From: Candidatus Cloacimonadales bacterium | GTDB taxonomy: Bacteria > Cloacimonadota > Cloacimonadia > Cloacimonadales > DAONDQ01 | DNA length: 64,000 bases | Assembly (NCBI GenBank): GCA_963662275.1 | Contig: OY759316.1 | Coordinates: forward strand, 992,001-1,056,000 | Direction of reading: 5' to 3' | In this document: positions 18,880-27,915 of the stretch, in pieces | Layout of the letters: each line of letters starts with the position of its first letter | How positions within the stretch are numbered: the stretch's first letter is position 1 | Made by a program: the position numbers and the translations under genes | The notes under the pieces: model-generated | The model's input: the letters and a program-made list of their open reading frames with translations, nothing else | Told to the model about the DNA's origin: nothing | Databases searched by the model: none

Positions 18880-20744
18880 TACAGGACTCCTTGGAGATTA
18901 TTCGATAGAACGATTTGTTTATTGGGAACTGATGGAAGTTCAAACCAAAACGTGGAACCTTGATTAGGTATGCTTTCAACGCCAACTTCACCACCATGTG
19001 CATGGACGATTTCTCTTACTATAGCTAAGCCTAAACCAGCACCGGAATGATTGGAATTACCAGGTACACGATAGAATTGTTCAAATATGAGGGACTGATG
19101 TTCCGACGCAATTCCAATACCGGTATCACTTACCCGGAAAAGGATTCTATCCCCATGTTCTTTTACCGACACAGTAATTCTTCCACCTGGGGATGTATAA
19201 TGCATGGCATTCGTAATGAGATTATCGAAGACAGGGGCAAAGCGTGGGGCATCAACCATAACACTAGGAAGACCATAGGCTATATCAGTCTTTAATTCTA
19301 TTCCTTTGTTGCGGGTTTCTGAAATGTACGGATAGATTGCATCTCTAACAAGGGCATGCGGATCGGTAACTTTCAATTCAAGCAACTGCGAATCCTGGCT
19401 GATCTGGTGGATATCAAGTAAATCCTGTATGATTCGAGTCAACCTTTCTGCATCTTCACTTGCAGCTTGAAGAAGCTCAACCTGCTTTTCATTCAGCATA
19501 CCCAGACGTTCATCAAAAAGGAGATGAATTGACATCCCCAATGAAGTCAGGGGTGTCTTCAATTGATGAGAAACAGTCGAAATTACATTATACTTCAGTT
19601 CCTGCTGTTCATGTAATTGCGTCATATCCCGGAATAGTATGATCGCACCTGAAGGATCATTTGATTCATTGTTCAAAGAAATTGGGATAACAACCGGTTC
19701 AAAGAAGTATTCCTTTAAATCATTGAACACTTGTAGATAACCGTTCTTTTTTGAATATTCAGCGATTTTTCCTTCGGAGGTTGCTTTTCGGAATAGGTCT
19801 GGCAACCAGGTATTGGATGTTTCAAAAACAGAAATACCTGAATTTAAGCCGAATAGTTTTTGAGCGCTAACTGTGGAGATTTCAACTTTACCAACCGGGT
19901 CTGTAATGGCGATTGCAGTCGACAACGCACTGATCACTTCTTTCGTTGCTAACTGTGTACGCTGCAAGGTTATATTATCAGATCTTTTGCGCTCACGTAA
20001 GGATTGAGTCATGCGATTGAAGGCATTGGCTAATCTTCCAATTTCATCATTTACACCAGCATGAAGAACTAATTCAATATTGCCTGCACTCACATCTTCA
20101 ACTGACCCAATCAAACGATTGATGGGACGTAATACCCAGCCTTGTGTTAGGAAACTGAAAGTCACAGCGATAACTGCACAGGTGATAATGGCAATTAACA
20201 TACGACCTTTTGCTGATGCAGATTCTTTTCTGGCTTTGTTGTTTTCCTGGTTCATATTTTCCTGGTTCAGGATGAGTATCTTTTGTGCTGTGTCCTTGGT
20301 TTGCATGAATTGAGGATATGCCTTCGCATAATAGATCAGCTGTTGTTCCTGGAATGATAGGTTATGATTATGTAGTGTTTTTACAATAGCATTGTAATGG
20401 GAAAATTCTCGTGACAAGGTGTTTACCAATTCCTGTTCTCCCGGCAGGGTGATGTTATGCATTTCTACATCAAATGCCTGATCGAAGGCGATCATATTTG
20501 TGCTTATCAATGAATCACCCTTTGCTGTATTCCCTGTCATATTGATAAGAATGCCGCTATCTATGCGTTCCAAGGCTTCTTTCATATTTTGGCAGGCTAC
20601 AACACTCCGGTAGTTTTCTTTCAGAATTACATCTATGGCATTCCCTAATTGAGACAGTTGTACCATAATCATCATTCCTATTCCAGCAACAATGATAAGC
20701 AAACTACTAAAACCAAGAGTGAGTTTAGTTCGTAATCCAATCAT
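18879..20744 (-). CDS. Membrane sensor histidine kinase (four-helix sensor, HAMP, PAS-like, HisKA/HATPase)
   Basis: Two TMs, DEIGRLA HAMP, SHQLKTPL H-box, NAMHYT, DTGIGI, GAGLGL. ATG 20744 has an AGAGGA RBS. Confidence 0.92.
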   Translation of the reverse strand: MIGLRTKLTLGFSSLLIIVAGIGMMIMVQLSQLGNAIDVILKENYRSVVACQNMKEALERIDSGILINMTGNTAKGDSLISTNMIAFDQAFDVEMHNITLPGEQELVNTLSREFSHYNAIVKTLHNHNLSFQEQQLIYYAKAYPQFMQTKDTAQKILILNQENMNQENNKARKESASAKGRMLIAIITCAVIAVTFSFLTQGWVLRPINRLIGSVEDVSAGNIELVLHAGVNDEIGRLANAFNRMTQSLRERKRSDNITLQRTQLATKEVISALSTAIAITDPVGKVEISTVSAQKLFGLNSGISVFETSNTWLPDLFRKATSEGKIAEYSKKNGYLQVFNDLKEYFFEPVVIPISLNNESNDPSGAIILFRDMTQLHEQQELKYNVISTVSHQLKTPLTSLGMSIHLLFDERLGMLNEKQVELLQAASEDAERLTRIIQDLLDIHQISQDSQLLELKVTDPHALVRDAIYPYISETRNKGIELKTDIAYGLPSVMVDAPRFAPVFDNLITNAMHYTSPGGRITVSVKEHGDRILFRVSDTGIGIASEHQSLIFEQFYRVPGNSNHSGAGLGLAIVREIVHAHGGEVGVESIPNQGSTFWFELPSVPNKQIVLSNNLQGVL

Positions 20745-20770
20745 TTTATATATCCTCTGAAAGCACATGG

Positions 20771-20886
20771 AGCACCCTTTGAGCCATTCATGATTAGTCA
20801 TATATCACAATAGGTTACGATTTCTAGTACTGGTTTTTAGATTGCAAATTGTAAGGATAATCTGATTTGATATTGCATTATGCAAT
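20771..20886 (-). promoter_or_regulatory. Sigma-54 promoter with two upstream palindromic activator sites
   Basis: Minus strand TGGCTCAAAGGGTGCT (GG-N10-GC) at 20786-20771; TTGCA-N3-TG(C/T)AA at 20842-20854 and 20873-20885. Confidence 0.65.
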
Positions 20887-20904
20887 GGACGTAGCGTATA
20901 CTAA

Positions 20905-22153
20905 CCGGTAGTGGTATCCTTCAGGTTACTGTATACGCGCAAGCTAAAGACATCGCCTACCGACCGGTAGCGGTATCCTTCAGGTTACTGTATATGCGCA
21001 AGCTAAAGACAGCGCTTACCGGTAGTAGTATCCTTCAGGTTACTGTATATGCGCAAGCTAAAGACAGCGCTTACCGGTAGTAGTATCCTTCAGGTTACTG
21101 TATATGCGCAAGCTAAAGACAGCGCTTACCGGTAGTAGTATCCTTCAGGTTACTGTATATGCGCAAGCTAAAGACAGCGCTTACCGGTAGTGGTATCCTT
21201 CAGGTTACTGTATATGCGCAAGCTAAAGACAGCGCTTACCGGTAGTAGTATCCTTCAGGTTACTGTATATGCGCAAGCTAAAGACAGCGCCTACCGGTAG
21301 TGGTATCCTTCAGGTTACTGTATACGCGCAAGCTAAAGACATCGCCTACCGACCGGTAGCGGTATCCTTCAGGTTACCTTTATTAGCGCAAGCTAAAGAC
21401 AGCGCTTACCGGTAGTGGTATCCTTCAGGTTACTGTATATGCGCAAGCTAAAGACATCGCCTACCGACCGGTAGCGGTATCCTTCAGGTTACTGTATATG
21501 CGCAAGCTAAAGACAGCACTTACCGGTAGTAGTATCCTTCAGGTTACTGTATATGCGCAAGCAAAGACAGCGCTTACCGGTAGTAGTATCCTTCAGGTTA
21601 CTGTATATGCGCAAGCAAAGACAGCGCTTACCGGGCGGTAGTGGTATCCTTCAGGTTACTGTATATGCGCAAGCAAAGACATCGCCTACCGACCGGTAGC
21701 GGTATCCTTCAGGTTACTGTATACGCGCAAGCTAAAGACATCGCCTACCGACCGGTAGCGGTATCCTTCAGGTTACTTTTATTAGCGCAAGCTAAAGACA
21801 TCGCCTACCGACCGGTAGCGGTATCCTTCAGGTTACTGTATATGCGCAAGCAAAGACATCGCCTACCGACCGGTAGCGGTATCCTTCAGGTTACTGTATA
21901 TGCGCAAGCTAAAGACAGCGCTTACCGGTAGTAGTATCCTTCAGGTTACCTTTATTTGCGCAAGCTAAAGACAGCGCTTACCGGTAGTAGTATCCTTCAG
22001 GTTACTGTATATGCGCAAGCTAAAGACAGCGCTTACCGGTAGTAGTATCCTTCAGGTTACTGTATATGCGCAAGCTAAAGACAGCGCTTACCGGTAGTAG
22101 TATCCTTCAGGTTACTGTATATGCGCAAGCTAAAGACAGCGCCTACCGACCGG
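20905..22153. repeat. Tandem array of about 22 REP-doublet units (54-60 bp, mostly 55)
   Basis: Unit CCGGTAGTAGTATCCTTCAGGTTACTGTATATGCGCAAGCTAAAGACAGCGCTTA; no unique spacers. Confidence 0.93.
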
Positions 22154-22198
22154 CTTCTTTTCTCTCTTAATTTATAATTTATAATCTTTAATTTACTG

Positions 22199-23557
22199 TT
22201 AGTCCAACCCGTATTGCTTCCTCTTCCGCCATAGTGTAGCTTGGTCAATACCCAGGATTTCAGCTGCCTCTTGCAGAGTAGTGCTTCTCATGATAACTTT
22301 CTGAATATGTGACTTTTCTATTGCTTCGAGAGAAACAGCATCACCGATCCGAATTTGGTCAGGATGAAATATCATGTTTTCTGGTAGCAATTCTGCACCA
22401 ACTAGTGGTGTATAACAAAGAATAGCCATACGTTCAATTACATTGCGCAATTCCCGGAGGTTTCCAGGCCAGTTGTAATTTTGAAAAGCATTGATGACAG
22501 AGGGAGCGAAACCAGAAAAGGAATGATGGTTTTGAGTTCCGAAATATGCAAGCATCGATTCAGCGAGAGGGTGAATGTCTTCCTTTCTGTCAAAAAGAGT
22601 TGGCAGGGTTATGGAGATTACTCTCAAACGGAAGAAAAGGTCTTCCCTGAATTTTCCTTCTTTTACGGCAGTATCCAGGTTAGTATTCGTGGCAGTAATG
22701 ATCCGAACATCTGCCTTACGAGTAATATGATCACCAACCCGCTCATATTCCCTTTCCTGGATAAATCGTAAAAGCTTTGCTTGAATCGAAGAAGGCAGTT
22801 CTCCGACTTCATCGAGGAAGAGAGTCCCTCCTTCACAAAGAGCGACCTTACCTGGATTATCACGAACAGCACCCGTAAAAGCCCCACGAACATGACCGAA
22901 TAATGTGCTTTCCAGTAATTCTGGACTCAATGTTGGACAGGATATAACTCCGAATGGTTTATTTGAGCGATTACTCCATTGATGAATTAGCTTTGCCAGT
23001 ACCGTCTTTCCCGTACCGCTTGGACCTTCCAACATAATCGTGGCTTCAGACTTGGCAACCTGCCGGGCAAGCTCATATACTTTCTGCATCACAGGAGAAT
23101 TACTTACGAGATAAGTCTCTGACTGTAATCTGCCAATATCTTCCTGCAACGATAGAATCCTGTGTTCCATTGCTTGCATAGTCTGGATACGTTGTAACAT
23201 GGCAGATAACTCATCAGGTCTGAATGGCTTTGGAAGATAGTCTGCAGCACCGAGCTGCAAAGCTCGTACGGCTGTTTCAATTGTAGAATAAGCAGTGATA
23301 ACAATGATCTTTAAGGAAGGATTATTTTTCAATAACAGAGGAAGAAGATCAAGACCGTTATCTGTTCCCAGTCGTAAATCGACAAATGCTACGTCAAACA
23401 ACAGCTCTGTATTCAGCATCATTGCATCTTCCACATTGCTTGCTGTTTTGCAGCTATATCCCTGGGTTTCACAAAAAATGGATAAAGTCTTCCGGATGTT
23501 TATTTCATCATCGACGATTAGAACATTCAGGGTATTCTGATTCATAATCTCTCCCAA
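22199..23557 (-). CDS. Sigma-54-dependent response regulator (NtrC/AlgB-like)
   Basis: Receiver domain, GPSGTGKT, GAFTGA, LFLDE, WPGNLREL, Fis-type HTH. Confidence 0.95.
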   Translation of the reverse strand: MGEIMNQNTLNVLIVDDEINIRKTLSIFCETQGYSCKTASNVEDAMMLNTELLFDVAFVDLRLGTDNGLDLLPLLLKNNPSLKIIVITAYSTIETAVRALQLGAADYLPKPFRPDELSAMLQRIQTMQAMEHRILSLQEDIGRLQSETYLVSNSPVMQKVYELARQVAKSEATIMLEGPSGTGKTVLAKLIHQWSNRSNKPFGVISCPTLSPELLESTLFGHVRGAFTGAVRDNPGKVALCEGGTLFLDEVGELPSSIQAKLLRFIQEREYERVGDHITRKADVRIITATNTNLDTAVKEGKFREDLFFRLRVISITLPTLFDRKEDIHPLAESMLAYFGTQNHHSFSGFAPSVINAFQNYNWPGNLRELRNVIERMAILCYTPLVGAELLPENMIFHPDQIRIGDAVSLEAIEKSHIQKVIMRSTTLQEAAEILGIDQATLWRKRKQYGLD

Positions 23558-23636
23558 GTACTTAGATCAATCTTTCATTGCAAAATGCAAGATATACGAT
23601 CCGTTTTTTAGAGCAAGAAAAATCCTTTTCAAACAT

Positions 23637-23697
23637 TAGCAACAACTTCAATACAGTAGCAACAACTTCAGTTGTTGGAGCAACTGCTTTAGCAGTT
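23637..23697 (+). repeat. Small cluster of GTAG-type REP-like hairpins
   Basis: GTAGCAACAACTTCAGTTGTT and GGAGCAACTGCTTTAGCAGTT. Confidence 0.6.
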
Positions 23698-23965
23698 TTA
23701 TGTTTTAACATATCTGCCTATCCGAATTTATCTCATTAAAATGTGTTGATTTGATGTATCAATTCTGCCAACGACAGGTCTCTTTGAAGATAAGAAATAC
23801 AGAACAAAAACAGAAAATAAAGAAAATCTTAAGAAAATATAGAAAAGTCTAGATGATCCCTAGATGATCCCTAGATTATCCTTAGATGAAACATACTTGA
23901 ATTATTATGAGACTTACTTGTGTATGAATAATGAAAATAAATATAAAATCTTTTGGCGTTGTTTG

Positions 23966-25594
23966 TTAGAACAAATACTCCTCTTCTTCTTCTTTTGCCT
24001 TTAATGAAGGTTTCTTATATGGCTCTAAGACATTTGGAGGTAATATGACGTGGATCGGATCTGCAAACAAATCTTCAACAGTTAGCAGTTGGATGATAGG
24101 AATCTTTGTTTGGGTAACACCTTCCATATATCGGTAATCAAAAGTACCTTCTTTCACAGCTTCCTCGATCATACCTTTTGTGGGCTTTTCCAATGTGATG
24201 AGAATACCGAATTCAGCATGTTGACTTTGCATCGTTCCCTTTAATTCTCGCACCATGCTTGGATTGATGCTGTGACCTCCTTTCACTGAAATGATACCTT
24301 TACCAACTTTATCCTTTCTTGTATTATCGACATAATTAATTACTCCATCAACACCTTTATCACCGGATTTAACTGTAGGAGTAGCATTCAATTGGCTTAC
24401 AGCCCATACTTCAAATTGGAATGGAGCTTGTTCTGCAAGCTTGGTAGCAGAAAGAACATCATTTGGTACGCCATTTACTTTGAAATCTACTTTTTCAACC
24501 AGTTCATTCTTCTCCAAACGTTTCTTTATAACATCGATAGAAAGATAGGTAATATCAATTCCTATCCATTTTCTCTTCTGCTTTTCTGCTGCTGCTATAG
24601 TAGTTCCGCACCCACAGAAAGGATCTAAAACAATATCCCCTTCATTGCTGCTTGCCTTGATAATTCTTTCCAATAACGCTTCGGGCTTTTGAGTTGGATA
24701 ACCCATTCTTTCTCTAGCTTGAGAATTAATTGGAGGAATATCATCCCAAAGACATTGTAGCGGAGTACCTTTATTTTCATCTAGATAACGCTTCATGCGT
24801 ATTCCACCTTTGTTCGTGAAATGCAATTTGTTAGCAGTATCTAATCGTTGCATGGTTTCGAGCGGAACACGCCATAATGAAGTCGTTCCTTTATACTCGT
24901 AGGTATAACCACCACCGGATAAACCTTTAGCAGAAAGACTATCATCCGTCCAAAGTCTTCCATCAATATCAGTTTGTCTAAATCTTGCTATATATTCTGC
25001 ATTATGCAGCGTGTAAATTGGATTCCAAGTATAGGATAAGGTTTTCGTATAAAAGAGAATAATATCCACATTGGCACCGTAACGTTTGGAATCGTTATGA
25101 GCAAACGATCTTTTCCAAGTAATTTCGTTTCGATAACTCCCTGTTCCAAAAACACCATCCATGAGCAATTTCAGGTAATGGCTTGCCGTAGGGTCACAAT
25201 GCAGATAGATACTACCAGTGGGTTTTAGGACTCTTTTCATTTCTAACAGCCTGGGTGCCATCATACATAAGTATGCCATCAATGGACATTCTGCAAGATA
25301 GTTGCGCATTGCTTTCATAAAGTCTATCAGCTTTTGACTTGGTGGATCAGTAGTAAGAGTGCCCATAAGTAATTCAATATATTCTCTTTCAGCCTCTGCT
25401 CCCCAATTCCATGTATCCTCAAAAGTCTTGATTTGGGAGGTAGCTCCCTTTAAGCCATTTGATTCAGGTTTGAAAATGATATTGTAATCACGTCCGCTTT
25501 GAAAAGGAGGATCTAGGTATATCAGATCAATACTGGAATCTTTGATGCTTTTCTTTAGAATGTCGAGATTATCCCCATAAAACAGATTATTCAT
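23966..25594 (-). CDS. Amino (N6A/N4C) DNA methyltransferase with C-terminal Mrr-like PD-(D/E)xK domain
   Basis: YLDPPF, YPTQKP, VLDPFCGCGTT (beta-class order); C-terminal GDKGVDG...ISVKGG. Confidence 0.88.
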   Translation of the reverse strand: MNNLFYGDNLDILKKSIKDSSIDLIYLDPPFQSGRDYNIIFKPESNGLKGATSQIKTFEDTWNWGAEAEREYIELLMGTLTTDPPSQKLIDFMKAMRNYLAECPLMAYLCMMAPRLLEMKRVLKPTGSIYLHCDPTASHYLKLLMDGVFGTGSYRNEITWKRSFAHNDSKRYGANVDIILFYTKTLSYTWNPIYTLHNAEYIARFRQTDIDGRLWTDDSLSAKGLSGGGYTYEYKGTTSLWRVPLETMQRLDTANKLHFTNKGGIRMKRYLDENKGTPLQCLWDDIPPINSQARERMGYPTQKPEALLERIIKASSNEGDIVLDPFCGCGTTIAAAEKQKRKWIGIDITYLSIDVIKKRLEKNELVEKVDFKVNGVPNDVLSATKLAEQAPFQFEVWAVSQLNATPTVKSGDKGVDGVINYVDNTRKDKVGKGIISVKGGHSINPSMVRELKGTMQSQHAEFGILITLEKPTKGMIEEAVKEGTFDYRYMEGVTQTKIPIIQLLTVEDLFADPIHVILPPNVLEPYKKPSLKAKEEEEEYLF

Positions 25595-25837
25595 GTGCCC
25601 CTTCCTTATAAATCATTAACTACTAGATTAGAGATTTAAATGCAATATGGATGTCAAGATTATTTGAACTTCTTACACTTTTTTCGATTAATTTCAAAAT
25701 TCATTCATTCCTTACTATCGCATTCAGAGGATAGATATTGATTATGATATTCAAATACAAATATCTGGACTTGATTTTGCTATTTCTCTTAATATGTAAT
25801 GATTCGCTATTATCTATAGTTTGAACTGGAGGTAGAA

Positions 25838-26506
25838 ATGCAACAAGTATATTTCAAGGCAGGAATGAAATTGCCCAACATCGATCAAGTGATAGAGCAA
25901 TTTAAGCTGCAAGAGCCTGGATTCATCGATTTTGAGCATTCTCAGTCAGATCAGATCATTTGGATAAGAGATATTCATACAAAAGGCTTAGTTAAGGCGA
26001 AACAAATCCTGGATGAACTGAAGGAGAACGGGTTAGAGAAGGATGAATTTATATCACTTCTAGGTAAGTTCCTGAATAGCGTGACCTACTACTTTGATTG
26101 GAGAGAAGTGATGCGTTGGCGTGATATATCTGGCAATGAAGGATTCCAGGAGGAATGTACAGATTTCTTAAGAGCTTTACCTATTCAAGATAATGAAACA
26201 TTCGAACACTATAGCTCATACTTCTCAGATCAATTAGCAGGTGGTTTTGCTGCTGTGAATTACTTTATTCTCTTCTGTCATTTTATTTATGATCCCAAAG
26301 CCTATTCTGTCATGAAGATTACCAGGATGGGAAAAGCTTTCAAGCTCCTGGGCATTGAAAGGAAGCTATCTGGTCACTTGATCGGATTTGACCAATTTAC
26401 AGAAATCAATTCGATCTGCAGGCAGCTTTTTTATGATCTGAAAGCCTTATATCCTAAAGACATGAGTGATGTGCAGATATTCATGCATTTTGTTGCTGAA
26501 TATTAA
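25838..26506 (+). CDS. Hypothetical protein
   Basis: 222-aa ORF with GGAGG RBS. Confidence 0.7.
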   Translation: MQQVYFKAGMKLPNIDQVIEQFKLQEPGFIDFEHSQSDQIIWIRDIHTKGLVKAKQILDELKENGLEKDEFISLLGKFLNSVTYYFDWREVMRWRDISGNEGFQEECTDFLRALPIQDNETFEHYSSYFSDQLAGGFAAVNYFILFCHFIYDPKAYSVMKITRMGKAFKLLGIERKLSGHLIGFDQFTEINSICRQLFYDLKALYPKDMSDVQIFMHFVAEY

Positions 26507-26632
26507 ACGAGATGGATTTCAATGTATGTCTTTGGAAAGTGAGTAGAGAATTCATAAAGTTGACTATAATCACAAGCATTTTAATATTGACAATAAATTT
26601 GGAAAATATATAATATAAATAAGGAGGTAACA

Positions 26633-26962
26633 ATGAGAAAGAAAAGAATTCAAGTCAAGAGTAGTATTTTATTAGCAAATCACAAAATCAGAACGACCAA
26701 ATTAATACATGATACAGTAGATATAATTTGCGGTCCAGAGAAAAATTACATTGTTGTATTTGAAAACCAATATTTAGTTGCTAATAGACAAAAAGCTTTG
26801 AATGTTGCGATGGAAATAGCAGAAAAGAATAAAATTTCGTTAAATATATATAAAGAAGATTTTACATTACAATCTTCTCAGACCTATCCAGAATTAGTTA
26901 ATTTGAATCAAGACAAGTCAAAAATCAGTGAGTTACTGCCAACCTACAGAAAAGAGCATTAA
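26633..26962 (+). CDS. DUF2188-like protein
   Basis: AAGGAGG RBS; RQKALNVAMEIAEKNKISLNIYKEDFTLQSSQTY resembles the DUF2188 core. Confidence 0.55.
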   Translation: MRKKRIQVKSSILLANHKIRTTKLIHDTVDIICGPEKNYIVVFENQYLVANRQKALNVAMEIAEKNKISLNIYKEDFTLQSSQTYPELVNLNQDKSKISELLPTYRKEH

Positions 26963-26998
26963 TAAGATTACTCTATAGTTAAATAGGGAGAAAGTTCT

Positions 26999-27721
26999 AT
27001 GTCTGATTGGAATCATAATGTGTTCATTAATTGTCCTTTTCAAGACAAGTATGCCAATATGTTAAAGTTTATCATGTTTGCCTTAATATATTGTGGATTT
27101 GAACCTAAGTTGGCATCGGTCGGAAATAGTAGCAAAGCTCGAATGCATAGAATTAAAAATTGTATAATCGAATCAAGATATAGTATTCACGAAATGACCA
27201 ATCTGAAACCATTTAGCAATCGCGAATTGATGGAAAAAAGAATACGGGATTGTTTTCAAGATATCGAAAAATGTCATCCTAATCTTATAGAAAGTTTGGA
27301 TGAAAAGCAATGGGTGCATTATGTAAGTGGAAATATGCCATTTGAGTTAGGATATTCTCAGGGATTTCAAGAATCCAACCCTGAGAAGTCTAATCTGATG
27401 GAAAATATCATACTTGTTGATGAAAGAGATAATTGCGAGAAAGCACTATCTGATATACTTGGGAACCATGATAGTATTATGGAACATCATGATGAATTCA
27501 ATATTAGCTTTTGTAAAAAATTGTATATTAAGTTAGCAACTTGGGAAGATAATCCCAATCAAATAACCAAAAATGCTTCAAATCTGTTTGCTGCTTATCA
27601 CATCTTCACTAAAGAAGCAAAAGAGGATTTTACCTCTGATTTCGATTCTCTTCATAAGCTCTATATTACAAAGGTCAAACAGTACTTAGAATCAAATCCC
27701 CCTGTACCTCTTCCAATTTAG
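26999..27721 (+). CDS. Nucleoside-deoxyribosyltransferase/TIR-like fold hypothetical protein
   Basis: NVFINCPF, GFEP, RI...I.ESRYSIHE, NMPFELG motifs. Confidence 0.55.
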   Translation: MSDWNHNVFINCPFQDKYANMLKFIMFALIYCGFEPKLASVGNSSKARMHRIKNCIIESRYSIHEMTNLKPFSNRELMEKRIRDCFQDIEKCHPNLIESLDEKQWVHYVSGNMPFELGYSQGFQESNPEKSNLMENIILVDERDNCEKALSDILGNHDSIMEHHDEFNISFCKKLYIKLATWEDNPNQITKNASNLFAAYHIFTKEAKEDFTSDFDSLHKLYITKVKQYLESNPPVPLPI

Positions 27722-27915
27722 TGTTATTGTTTACTGTATTCATGACATTATTCTGAATTACATTCATATCTATCTTAACGTAGAATACGATTAACATAGA
27801 ACATTAAGCTATTTCTCTGAAAACAATCCTTGACAGTAAAAAGTGATAAATGGGTATTTTGTATGCAAATCACAAATTCCAAATAAATTATAGATAAAAA
27901 ACCAAAATATAGATT

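Noticed and set aside
20905..22153. CRISPR array
   Set aside because: Units are contiguous near-identical repeats with no unique spacers, and there are no cas genes in the window.
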